From assembly GCA_040954595.2 (NCBI GenBank), contig CM082582.2, forward strand, positions 2,588,303 to 2,652,302: a DNA stretch of 64,000 bases, in the 5' to 3' direction. The notes beneath the pieces are model-generated. The model did no database searches. It was not told the origin of the DNA and was given only the letters and a program-made list of their open reading frames with translations. This stretch comes from Balanoglossus misakiensis. Its lineage: Eukaryota > Animalia > Hemichordata. Both the position numbers and the translations under genes were made by a program. This document shows, piece after piece, positions 1 through 11,959 of this stretch (position 1 is the first letter of the stretch; every line of letters begins with the position of its first letter).

Positions 1-2273
1 AAAAAAAAATGTGTCATGATTTTAAACAAATGAAATTCGGAAATGATCATAATTTGAATTTTTATCACATGATTGACTGGAATAATGTTTCAATGTTGGG
101 TTATAATATAAAACGTAATTCATTTGTTTCATTCCTATTTAGAAACCTTCAAATAATTTTTCAATAAAAATATAATTAAAAAAAATATATAAATTCTGTT
201 GATTAGAATATAGAAAATCAATAATCTCCTCACCTGGTCAGCAAGTACAGTGGCAGTAGTTTTCAGTGACAGCTGCTCCTCAAGAGGACTAAACATAATT
301 GAAAAAAAGATACACACAAAAACGAGATTAAATCATGGAAAGTAAAAAAAAGAATAGAGATACATGGTAAACTAATAGATAAACTGTGAAATATGACCAA
401 AAAAAGATTTTTTTTATAAATCAATAAAATCTGTAGCCACTGTAATTCAATTGTGTACTGTGCAGTGTATTTCTGTTTTGCCAATACTGTGTTTTGTGCA
501 CAGTTAATATGATAGACAAGGGGAATGGGTGTTTGAATTTGAAATACACTAATAATTTTACTGTTGCATTTCAAATTCAAACACTTCTGTAATAGCCCCT
601 TATAAATCATGCACACTGTGCAGTAATTCCAGGAGCTTGGATTTGTTTGTTGCCCGTCGTAGTTGTGTATGCAGTGATGTTCTGTATGTTAACGGTAGTG
701 TCTGAATTATGTCGTTGCATTCGTGTCGAAGTGTGGCATTTGTTTTTTTTTCTTCTCTTTCAATTTCTGCTCTTTCTTTTTCTGTAACAAGTAGTATTTT
801 TTTTGCCAGTGCCTGGAGACTTACCTTGGCAGATGATACTTACCAGGGAACGTCTTCTTTCTTCGGCATTGATGTTATAATTGCCAATGTGTCTATCCAT
901 AGCATCTCCTGAGATGGTAATAGGAGACCGACCATCCTGATACTTGACATAAGATGTCTGTCTCAGTCGTCCCCTGAAACCCGTCAAGTCGTTAGAGTAG
1001 CCTGGGCGACTCGGGGTTTACAAGGCTAACGACTGAGAAGACTATCTTTCTCAGACTGGCCAGGGCATCATGCCTGCTACAGATGACAACCCACTTACCT
1101 GAATCGGGCACTGGAGGAGCTCAGGCCTTGTTGTTTTAGTCGTACTCCTCCAGGACGGCGTCCGCACCTTGATGGGCATCAGGCCTACCAGATCGTGAAA
1201 TGGCCTCGTACTTCTCCAGAGTTTGGAGAAGTATTGGTGGATACCGGGCACGGTCGGTCTCGTCATAGACATCAATCATTTGGTAAGTGGGGTGATTCCG
1301 ACCGTGCCACAGGGTGCGAAGGAGATGTCGTCAAGCCCGTAGGTAAGTGGGTGAATTGAAGCTCGTGCCCTGTCGAAAGAGGAAAATTCCTTGTAAATGT
1401 TGTAGAAGAATATTGTAAATGAAATTCATGTGAGAGTCTGTCACTGCTGCTGCATTCAACCAGCCAAAAAACAAACTGGTGGATGCATCAGCAGTGGGAT
1501 TACTCACATCATGCACATGAAATTCCTGTAGCAATTCGCTCCACAGACAATCTCTGAATTTGCAAAGAAGGTCAAATGAAATGTGATGATCAGAACACTT
1601 CTTCACACATTCTAGAGATCTGCCTCAGGAGAATCCCTGAGATATAGCAAAGTCCCTGTAAATCCCAATACATAGAAACAAATACACAGGTTTCATAAGT
1701 CTAGCGCCCTCTTGTGGCTATCATGAATTTGACCTCAAAGCGAGGCCACTGGGTGTACGCCCCTGATGAGTTGATGACAGCTCATAAACACAGGCTCAGC
1801 GGTTTGTTGACGGAAGTGGCGACGCCGATAAAACTTTTCAAGGTAAGAATTTCTCGAATTCGCAGCTGTATTTTTGTTTTCAGTCATATTTTAAGCACCT
1901 TCTTGTTTAGCTTCTGAGATATTATAGCAAAAAAAGTGTGAATTTTTGCGATCTCAAATTTTTTTCTTGGAGCGACCGATATAGCGCACGGTTAGCTGGA
2001 AAGCCGGCATTCTGGTCAAAGGCACGTATCGATCGATCGACTCAGCGAAAAAAAATCAAAGTTTACTTTCAGTTTTTGTTACCTTAATTATGATCGAGCC
2101 CATAGCCGAACTGCTAAGGGGTGTTATTCACCGAAACTTTATGAATGAGAGCTTTTAAAAGTTTTAGTTTTATTGCAGACCTTCTGCAGCCTATATTCCT
2201 CTTGCATTTGTATTCATGTTCAATGCTTCACAGAGTAAAAAAATGTAATTGACATGCTGGATTTTTACACAGA

Positions 2274-4372
2274 ATGGATGTCACTGTCAGTAATGTATCT
2301 CTCAGCGAAGATGATATCCCAGGAGCCAGCTTTGATGGTATTGATCCAGCAACGCTGAAAAAGGACAGGCTCCAATTTTGGTTAAGATGTAGGGGTGACA
2401 CCCTGAAGAACTTAAAAACAAAGGCACAGTTGTTGACAAGGCAAGTAGGGGCTGGGTAAATTGTTTTTACGTGTTCCATTTGGTTTTGTTGATCAAACAA
2501 TATAATAATAAATTATGGTCAAATAAATGAAAATGCATGTATTGCAAATAATACTATTAAAATAACAATATTGAAACATTTGTTTTTTTCTGTAGAATAA
2601 AGGTGTACATGGAAAATGGAACTGATGCAAAAATTGTTGATCCAGATCCAAACAAAAGCTATACTAAGATGAAGATACAGAAAATGAAGGCACTATCATC
2701 AGGCCAAACTCCAGCAAATGTCATGTCAGCTCCTGTAGCACCTGTTGGACTGTCCACTTCTTACCCAAAAGATGGGTGGGGCACGTCGTTGCTAGGATTG
2801 CCTTTGTTCACTAGAGCACATATAAATATCCATCTCTCAAAAACAGGGAAGCAAGTAAAAGGGGATGCTGAGGATAATCACCCAACTAATCAGCAACGGG
2901 GAAAAGTGTTCTTTGAAGAAAAATATATCCATGATGTTATGACAAATAAAGACACAAAATACTTTTATTTTACAGCAAGGTGTAACCATAGCTACAAAAA
3001 ACATGCAGAGCCACGTAGACTGAAACTAAAGCTTGATCTTCTGGATGGTAATGTTGTACATGCTAACTGTACCTGTAAAGCCGGACTTGTAGGCTACTGT
3101 AATCATACCCTTGCATTATTATTTCTGATTTCACAATGCTTTTTATTTGATTTAGAGGATGTTCAAGAGTTTGTAAATATTCACTCAAACATTACTTCTC
3201 CAACCTCTAGATTACAAGTGTGGCACCATAGAAACAGAGGTTTGGGGGTTTTGCCAGAACCTGTTACAAGTTTGGCCATTCGCAAAGTTAAAGTTGATAG
3301 TGGTGAGTCAAAATATGCTGTGACTTCAGCATTGTATGATGCCAGAAGAAATCCAAATCATGACAACAGTGCTGAAAAAAAGTTCAGAGAAAGTCTAAAC
3401 CAAAAAAATCCACTGTTTGGGTTTGCGCAGTGCCAGGTCATGCCTGATGTATCATTAGTTGATACCAAATTTGGTAAAGTGCCAAATGGCTCAATTTTAA
3501 GCTATCAAACACGACACACAGAGTGTAGTTATTCTGTCTTTTGTGACATATCATCAGTACCAAGACTGCCATCTTATAATTTGTTAATAGATTTAAATTC
3601 TTTTCCTAATTTACCATACAAAGAAACCCCTATATATGACATTAAAATTAACAATGAACAGGAACATGCATGGTTTCAATCAATCAAATGTAACAAAGAC
3701 AGAGCTAATATGATTGAAGCAGAGACAAGTAAGCAGTCTGTCAGTGATAAGTGGTTTCTGTATAGAAAACCACGGCTGACTGCATCAAATTTTCACGATG
3801 TATGTATAACAAAAAGAAATCACGATGCCCTGTGTAATAGCTTATTTAATTCTGAAAGTTTTACAAGCAGATATACTGATCATGGCAAAAAATATGAAAG
3901 TGAGGGGTTGATAAAATATGCCAAATACATGAATGACACAGATAATTATGTATCTCTACACAAATGTGGTCTAGTTATAAACCCCTCGTATTGTTCTCTT
4001 GGTGGTACACCGGATTCGAAAGTGGTCGATAGAAAATCATCTGAGCCATATGGTATTGTAGAAGTTAAATGCCCAGAAACAAAGAAAAATGTCACTCCGT
4101 TGGATGCATGCCTTGATCCAACATTTTATTGTTATGATGACAATGGGCAGCCAAGGTTGAAAGTTTATCACAGATATTATCAGCAAATTCAGGGACAAAT
4201 GGCAGTGTGTGGGCTGACTTGGTGCGATTTTGTTATATATACATTTAAAGGGCTCAGCATTGAGAGAATCATATTTGACAGTGTATATTGGCAAGAAATG
4301 TTGACAAAACTGGATGTTTTTTTTACCGAACATTACATGCCATTTATCGTGACGAGAGAACAAAGTGCTTAA
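2274..4372 (+). CDS. SAP-like/SWIM zinc finger/YqaJ (lambda-exonuclease-like) accessory protein; exons 2274-2440 and 2596-4372
   Basis: SWIM CTCKAG..CNH. YqaJ motifs WFLYRKPRLTAS, HGKKYE, LGGTPD, EVKCP, YYQQIQGQM. A GC-AG intron joins the two exons in frame (ACAAG|gcaagt..tgtag|AATAAAG). Confidence 0.9.
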
Positions 4373-4533
4373 CCATATTTTTATTGAATGTAGTTGATAA
4401 ATGTAGTTGATGTTTTAAAAGATGTAAAATGCGTGCATGGTTGAAATGCAAATAAAAGACGTATTCATCAATTTAATATTTTATTTTATTATTCACATTA
4501 CAGCTGTGCCACATCAAAGAACAGACAAAATCC

Positions 4534-6180
4534 TCATGCACTTATTATAGGATTCTGTACATTACACAATAGTGCACTTACAGTCCACATTTCATTTACA
4601 ATATTAAAAAGTGATATAGGGACAACTCTGTCCCAGATATGAAAATTCTTAACTTTATTAATTGCCCTTTCTACATGTATGCGCTCAGCAGCAATTTTTT
4701 GTGTTTCTATAACATCTTCTGCACTCATTTGGTCACGTTTCTCTAGAAATGGTGGAATATTCAGAGACACACCTTTAGGCCTCAAGAGGTCAGCTATGGT
4801 GAATCCCTTGTCTGCCATTACAGAGTCACCGTGGTCAAATGGCATATCCAGTAACCCTGATCTACATTCAATTTCTCTGTCAGATATGGAGCCAGTATAT
4901 AAACTGCTGACAAATGTTACAGCTCCACTTGGAGCTATGCCTATTAGCCCCTTAAGTGTTACATGGTTTTTGTAATTAGACAATAATTGTGAATGTAAAA
5001 TCAATGAACTGGGCATTTCCACCCTAATTTCTGAACAATCAATTATGATGCGGGTACTTGGGTACTTCACTGTAAATGATGCAGGCATGTTTCTTGTGAT
5101 ACTGGCTTTGTCTTGCCAAATATTAAGGTGACCCAGTTTCAAGTAAAGGTAATTTATCCAAGTTATAAATATTCTGCTTACAGTTGACATTGAAATGTTA
5201 AACAGAAATGCCAGGTGACGCTCAAAGAAACCCTGCCTTAAACGACACAAAGTAAGAAGAAATTCATCAATTGGCCGTAGGGTCCGAGGGCGACCCATTT
5301 TCTTGTCTGCTTGGCTTTTATCAGTATCATGTAATTTATTTGTTGAATTCCAGTAGTTAATATTTTCTCCCACTTTACCAGGGTCAATAAATTCAAAGAC
5401 ATCCATTAACGCCAGAAAATTTGGAAATCCTGTATAAGATGAAATTACCTCATCACTCTCTTTCATATTTTCAATGTTGAATTGATTACTTTTCAAATTC
5501 TTTATTTCTAAATCCTTTTTAATTAAATCCTCCCTCAATAGTTTTACTTTTTCTTTAAGCATTTCAATGGTTTTTGCATTTGAAAACTCTACATCAGCAA
5601 TTTTGTTAATAAGTCTCTGGTTTTCAAAAGTAAGTCTTTCAATTTTTTCAAGGAGTTGCTGTTCATTCCTATGATTTCCAGATGAGATGCCCAGATGTGA
5701 TTGGTCAACTTCATGACACCCAAGTGTCTGTTGATGAAGTACTTCAGTGCTTCCCAGCTGACATCTCTCGTGAAGGTCTCCTGTGGCGGAATCACTTACA
5801 GTAGACAATTTACCACTTGGATGCATGCTGTGATTTTCATTTACCTCCATCAAAGTATTTTTCTGTGGTGCTGTTCTTGGTGTTGGTAACTTTCGTGCTT
5901 GTTTTGTGGATGTCCATTTGAACTGTGATGGTACAGCATTCGGTTTGAGAAAATATTTATTGGCAAGGGTTCTTGATATGTCCTCATCTGTGAAATGCCT
6001 TGAGCAAACCTTTGTGTGATGTGTTATTTTGAAAAATTTTCCTTCATCCCTCTTGATTTTTGTTATCCATTGTTTTCTTCGCATTTTATCGTTTGGAAAA
6101 GAAAAAAAGGAAATTTTCTCCCCATTCTCTCCTCTGTACCCAGCTCTTGTACAGAACGGTACACAACAGTTATGAACCAT
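4534..6180 (-). CDS. THAP + helix-turn-helix + DDE_Tnp_4 (Harbinger/ISL2EU) transposase
   Basis: THAP CCVPFC..FFSFP..W..VCSRHF..AVPS. Catalytic IIDCSE, MADKGF and RIHVERAI. Uninterrupted ORF. Confidence 0.93.
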   Translation of the reverse strand: MVHNCCVPFCTRAGYRGENGEKISFFSFPNDKMRRKQWITKIKRDEGKFFKITHHTKVCSRHFTDEDISRTLANKYFLKPNAVPSQFKWTSTKQARKLPTPRTAPQKNTLMEVNENHSMHPSGKLSTVSDSATGDLHERCQLGSTEVLHQQTLGCHEVDQSHLGISSGNHRNEQQLLEKIERLTFENQRLINKIADVEFSNAKTIEMLKEKVKLLREDLIKKDLEIKNLKSNQFNIENMKESDEVISSYTGFPNFLALMDVFEFIDPGKVGENINYWNSTNKLHDTDKSQADKKMGRPRTLRPIDEFLLTLCRLRQGFFERHLAFLFNISMSTVSRIFITWINYLYLKLGHLNIWQDKASITRNMPASFTVKYPSTRIIIDCSEIRVEMPSSLILHSQLLSNYKNHVTLKGLIGIAPSGAVTFVSSLYTGSISDREIECRSGLLDMPFDHGDSVMADKGFTIADLLRPKGVSLNIPPFLEKRDQMSAEDVIETQKIAAERIHVERAINKVKNFHIWDRVVPISLFNIVNEMWTVSALLCNVQNPIISA

Positions 6181-8451
6181 GACTGAAAAAAAAAACATTC
6201 ATTCCATTGAACATGAGCAGTTATCAAAAATTATCATAGAGATCACGGTCACCTTTTTAGTACTAGTGTACAATCTGACAGTTTTATATTCACAGTCCCT
6301 TCGAAACTTTTATTCAGTACTGAAAATGCACACCACAATATCACATTATGGCATAATGCCACCTTGAGACTAAATAGTACCACAAATTATAGTTTTATTT
6401 ACTGTATATCGACTTTTATTTTTTTTTCCGCTGAGTCGATCGAAGTAACAGTTACACTAAAACCCAAGTAACCGTATCGCGTGCTCTTTTTCGGTCGCTC
6501 CAAAAAAAAATTTTGAGATCGCAAAAATTGAAAGAAATTCACACTTTTTTTGCTATAATATCTCAGAAGCTAAACAAGAAGGTGCTTAAAATATGACTGA
6601 AAACAAAAATACAGCAGCGAATTCGAGAAATTCTTACCTTGAAAAGTTTTATCGGCGTTGCCACTTCCGTCAACAAACCGCTGAGCCTGTGTTTACGAGC
6701 TGTCATCAACTCATCAGGGGCGTACACCCAGTGGCCTCGCTTTGAGGTCAAATTCATGATAGCCACAAGAGGGCGCTAGACTTATGAAACCCGTGTATGA
6801 TTTGACTGCATTGATTTCTTCATGTAAAAGGCCCGTCCTTAAAACAACCCATGAAAATATTCCCTCATGATCTTCTGATAAAATTTTCCGAATAATTACA
6901 TATGGCAAGCCATCACACCTGATTATAACCCATTCCATATATGTACAATAATCTCCACTGCCCTCGTCATGATTAAAATATTGTTTGATTTTTGCAAGTT
7001 TACCAATGTGATTAAGAATTTCTTTCACTGATTTGAAACAATTAGTATTTACAAAAATAGGAGACATAACATAAATATTTGCTTTATTTGCTTGTTTTGG
7101 GGGCTTTTTAACAATTCTGGAAGTTTACTTTCCCATGTGAGCAACCTTTACTTCACCAACACACTCATGCAAAATGGTTCCCTTCGAATGCCACAACCTC
7201 GACACTTAGCAATTCTCGATTTGCCCTTCGTGTGGGTGAAACCACACTTGGGGCAAATCTCGACGCTGTCAGTCTGTTGTTTTTGTTGTAAGTATGTGTC
7301 AATATAGTCAGTCTGTGGTGCATTTTCTACATTGATAGTGGCTACAGAAGATAAAATTAAATCATCAACATAAGAAGCAATGGACTCTTTGACAACTGAA
7401 TCAAACTCATCATACTTGCTGCCCTCTGTATTGGAAACATCTGTCTCTGAAACCTTCTGCCACTGACTTGGCTTCAACCCAGAATCATATTGCAGTGATG
7501 ATTCTGGGTCCAGCTGAGAAGCAATAATGTTAGTAAAATATCCAAAGTAACTGAATTACCATTTCTGTTAATGTAATTTTTAGAAAGATGTTGTTCATTA
7601 TCAAAAGAAAATTCAACTCACCCCTCAGGTGCATCTGGAAAATCAAAATTACCTTTGAAAAGAATATTGTTAATGACATCATAACATGGGCCTGCTGTTA
7701 CGTGGCCCATGAGATCAACTGCCAGGCGACTTCTGGTCAAACTAAATAAAATAACTTGAATTGCAGAAATAAAACTACTCACAAACTTAGGATTCCTGGC
7801 AGTATAAAGAAGTTCAACGGCATGGGCAAGATATTGAGTGTTATTTTGGATTCCAGTATTTGGCATACAAATCTCCTCAAGAAGGAAACCAAGACAAGAT
7901 TCCATTATGACAATAGATTAGGTAAATCTATGTCTGATAAATTTTGAACAGACTACCTGTCTTGGTTTTGGCAGAGGAGATCTGCATGCCTGTAAATTTC
8001 TAAATTTTCTAATTTCCCAATTTCCCTTACAGCTTCCACCCTCTCTTCCCTTGTATTAACCTCCCCCCGATTTCCCTTTTCAGTCTCTCAATTTCTTCCT
8101 CCAACTCTTTTATTTTCTCTTTGTCCTGAAAATAAAATAAAATACACATGTTATTCAGAAATGCCATTTTGATCATTTCAAGGCCCAAACTGACAGCATT
8201 TTCTTTGCATTGATTGTAGACCATTTCAATTACCTTGCTTCTGTCTTTCTCTTCGCCAGTCTTCTTTTGATTTTTTTTCATGTTCACACTCCTGAAAAAA
8301 ATGCAACAGTTTTAAAACATTAAATTATTATTCGCTCATGTAAGTAAGACCAGTAGAACAATTTTAATTAATTCTGAATAGAAAAAAATTGTTACTGACA
8401 ACTGGACAAAAAACTACTTAATCTGTAGTGTATTATTTGAACATGATTACC

Positions 8452-8601
8452 TTTATTTTATTTTCATCCAAATCAAGTCACAACAAACTGTCCTTGTAAC
8501 TTTTATACTCATGTGTATCACTACAATTTCGTTTAATCTCTATATTATAAAAGTTACAAGGAGAGTTTGTTGTGACTTGATTTGGATGAAAATAAAATAA
8601 A
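8452..8601. repeat. 150-bp foldback/MITE-like hairpin
   Basis: Arm tttattttattttcatccaaatcaagtcacaacaaactgtccttgtaacttttata is matched by its reverse complement at ~8546-8601 with one mismatch. Confidence 0.8.
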
Positions 8602-9155
8602 CATCTTCGACAAAGCTTCAAAAATTAAGCTTGTTTAAAGGTTTGTTTAGTAAAGCATTGTTGAATTTTTTTCACCAAGCTTTGAAGACGCTTGGCCAAA
8701 GATTGGAATTATAAGGTTTCTCAAAGGTCAGTACAGCTTAGGTTCAACTAAGGCTAGTAATAAGAAGCTTCAGCGAAGGTTGGCACACGACACGACCCCT
8801 TCAGCAAAGGTCGGCACGCAAACTCTTGTAGCAAGCTTCAGCACAAAGCTTTTTGCAACATTGTTCCAAGCTTTGTCCAAGGTACTGCACAATCGCGTGT
8901 GTAGAAGGTGCCAAATACAGGCGTTGCATGTATGATAAGGCTGGGCAAATTCAAAATTATGTTTGACGTCAGCGCGCGCCTAGGTTTACGAGAAATTTTG
9001 CAAATACAAACAAATATGCAAATGAGGTCGAACGGGGTCATTGAGGTCATATGTCTGTTCGTCTCACTGTGTCCTCCTATCGACCGTGGTTGTTGCATGA
9101 CGAGAACGTGTCGTCTGTAGGTTTCAAAGTCGCCTGTGGGTAAAATTGGAGAAAG

Positions 9156-10975
9156 ATGGCAAAAGATGTTCATAAAGCGAGAGTACGCGAAATTATAAGT
9201 TGCAGAGTTACACAGAACAAGAAGGTGGCAATAGATTGGTATGCCTACGAAGTCAGTCCAAATGACAGCTTCGCTGCGCTGTACAAAGGGCTAGTTCTCC
9301 TTAGTCAGACTAAACACGATCGGTTCAAAACAAAAATTGCAAAAGATGGCAGAACGTCTTGTTACCTGTTACAGTCTGAAAAATGTGGTGAAGGTGAGAA
9401 GATAGAGGTGTGCCCACGATTGTCTATCGCAAAAACGTGTGATCGGTTCCACAAGTATTACATTCTTTTTGATGTAAAATCAAAAGGAGACGAAAATACC
9501 AACGCTGACGTAGTGCAAACTCAGAAAGATGTTTATAGACCAGTCAGAATTATGGAGGTACCTCCATGGTCAGAATGAAAGGTGATTTCAAGGCTGTCCA
9601 TGTGATCCAAGGTTAGTAAAACATTATTTTATTTACAATTTTGTTGTATGTCAGTGAATAAATGTTGTGTATGACCATACTGCAGCCCAGAACAAGTTGT
9701 CTGAGCCAATTTGTTGCATTCCACATATAGACTGAAAACAAATTTGCTAAAATAAATTTTGTTTGAGTAGAATTACAAACTCTGATTTTTGTATCATTTA
9801 GTAGCACAGAACTTGGCACTATTCTGTTATAACTCTACAGCTTTGCCTTCTGTAGTGTTGGCCTTAGACTCTATGGCAGTCGCTGTGCCTAGCCTGTCGA
9901 TAAGGAATGGAACTTTCGTTCGTACGACGCGCCGCCAGGCAAAGCGACTGTACGTTTCTGCACACATATATTTGATATGAATATTCATGAGCGGCATTAA
10001 TTTGCATGTAGAACATCTAGAAGCGCACAAAAATCGCGATAACGCCCAAAAATGCGTATTCTGTACGTGGTATGTACGCGTATAGAACTCATGTTGACGC
10101 GACGCTAATTTGATTGACAGACATTTGAGGTTCGAATGTTCTCCGCTACTTACCAAAATCTGGTAAAACCACTTGAGGGCGTTTACAGAATCGGCAAGAC
10201 TGTGTGATTAGCGTCGCGTCCACAGGACGTTCTGTACGGACGCGCATTTCATTTTCAGTATCACACAGTCTTGGAGCAAGACTATGTTGGCCTAAGTAAG
10301 TACAGTTTATGCTGTAGTACCTGTAAAGTCATGTAAACATCCATTTAATTTATACTTTTTTCTTTGCAAAAGATCCTGTTCCGGATGAAAGTGGGGACCA
10401 CTTTGAAAGGTTTACAGAAGTCCAAGGCAGACCAACACGTGAAATTAATTGCCCCAGCAGAAAGGGACTGGTACTTGATGCAGAAAACATCAACTTCAGG
10501 CTGAGTGGTGAAAAGTTGGAGCTGTGGACTGGTGCCCTGCATAGATTGCAAAAAGCCCGGGTATGGTAAAGCATTGTATACAGTACTATATTGGACATTT
10601 TAATATCCATTGTAAATTGGATATTCCTTTCTCATTTGTCAATTTACCACACTGCAAGCCATACAATGTAGTAAATAATGTGTATTGTGAAAAAGTGAAG
10701 AGAAAGGGACTGAACCTCGTACACTGAGACATTAACAGTGTCTTGTTATGTGTTTTCTATGTATATGTACATGTATATTAAAAAATTAATACAACTAAGA
10801 CTTCTCTGTTTTTTATTTCTCTTTGATAGGTGTATTTATCTGCAAAGAGGCTTGATTCACAGCAAAAATACAGCAACTTCAGGTATTCCTAGATGATGGT
10901 CTTTATACCTGTGGCGGGGTACTAGTAAAACCAAGTCATCCTCTCTATGAAACGTGTGTTGTGAGCCAGAATCAG
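9156..10975 (+). pseudogene. Remnant transposase gene of element A: N-terminal ORF and C-terminal exons, no DDE core seen
   Basis: ORF 9156-9578. Exon-like segments DPVPDESGDHFERFTEVQGRPTREINCPS (~10372-10460) and FLDDGLYTCGGVLVKPSHPLYETCVV (~10885-10965) resemble, from memory, Zator transposase C-termini. Confidence 0.5.
9865..10284. mobile_element. 420-bp non-autonomous element, TAG..CTA termini, 9-bp TSD
   Basis: TGTTGGCCT at 9856-9864 and 10285-10293. The terminal inverted repeat is only weak (TAGACTCT.. vs TAGTCTTG..). Confidence 0.75.
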
Positions 10976-11959
10976 AGTTAAATTTGTTAAATTTTCAACT
11001 GTTAAATTTTCAACAGTTCCACTTCGCCAGAAAATGTTGTGTTTTGACTGTTTTCATGAGCAAGTTGTACAGAACTGATGGACTTCATCAAATGGAAATT
11101 GTGACTGTCAAAATGTTTGGCTGAAACTTTTTTCAATAAAATTGTTCAACTGATATATGCGTATGTGCATTAATATTGAATTTACTGTTTACTCAGTATC
11201 TTTGAACGTGACACTGTAAACGTCTGTGGAATAATTTAGATGTAAAATATGTTTAAAGTTTAAGGACAAGGGTTTTCTTCAATGGATATTTGCTTTCAAT
11301 TTCTCATAATATCTCATTTGCATATTTTGGAATATATAATTAGTTTGTTTTGTTGACCACCCCCCCCCCCCCCTCATAGGTTTTGGGGTCTTGGGGTGAC
11401 GTCAAACATAGTTTTGAATTTGCGCAGCCTAATAGAGAGGTTCGTCTACACGTTATACGCGAACGTGAACGCGCAACGTCACGAATTTCTGTTATGACGT
11501 CATCAAGTTTTGTGTAAAGTTTGACGTTCACATAAAAGACTTCGCGTTTTTACATGGAGATAGATGTTTTCACGTTAGTTGCGAACGTGAAAAGTTATTC
11601 TCATTTTGGGCAACAAAAATTCATATTATCTACGAAATATGTGTATGCCTTGTTAGCTTGAAATCTCATAATGACAGACGAAAACGCATTTATTTCTTTT
11701 TAGTCATTTTATGTGAAATTTGGTCATCAATTTGTAATGTCGCCCGACAGTTGAATCCCTAGTTGCAGTGCAGCGACGCGGAATAATGATGTACACGCTC
11801 AAAATTCGAATACAGAGTGCGCGTTCCACACAAACAGACGTTGACGTAAAGCCAAATTCTTTTCCATAGAGAGGTTTAGTTACACGTAAATACGCGTACG
11901 TCTGATGGCAGGCAGTGGCGTTCGCGTATGCGTAGTGACGCGTGAATTTTGCAGTTTAG

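Larger units (their letters stand above)
1684..6796. mobile_element. ISL2EU-type (PIF/Harbinger-related) DNA transposon, copy 1, apparently intact
   Basis: Long TIRs beginning ACAC(A/G)GGTTTCATAAGTCTAGCGCCC, about 260 bp nearly identical plus further matching blocks. AT duplication at 1682-1683 and 6797-6798. Convergent THAP-DDE and YqaJ genes. Confidence 0.9.
760..8290 (-). pseudogene. Decayed DUF6589-like (Academ/KDZ-type) transposase-like gene, interrupted by the ISL2EU element at 1684-6796
   Basis: Minus-strand fragments run in a coherent order: LYTARNPKF..SRLAVDLMG (7618-7905), FSFDNEQ (~7600), a CxxC..CxxC knuckle (7148-7477), RCDGLPY..GLLHEEINAVKS (6799-7067). Past the insertion: FVSMYWD, DHHISFDLL..IFLFRQG (1331-1606), LWHGRNHPTY..SRSG..HQGADAVLEE (~1130-1310). 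Several stops and frameshifts. Family call is from remembered motifs. Confidence 0.55.
8939..11429 (+). mobile_element. Zator-like DNA transposon A, internally deleted
   Basis: ~33-bp TIRs GGCTG(G/C)GCAAATTCAAAA(T/C)TATGTTTGACGTCA. TAA TSD at 8936-8938 and 11430-11432. GG termini with a TWA TSD are Zator hallmarks, but PIF/Harbinger shares them. Confidence 0.75.

Noticed and set aside
2603-4372. YqaJ as evidence of a phage or bacterial contaminant
   Set aside because: It contains a spliceosomal intron and lies within TIRs beside a THAP transposase, the known ISL2EU layout.
1714-6766. Near-identical 67-aa ORFs at 1714-1917 (+) and 6563-6766 (-)
   Set aside because: A by-product of the ISL2EU TIRs; non-ATG starts and no recognisable domain.
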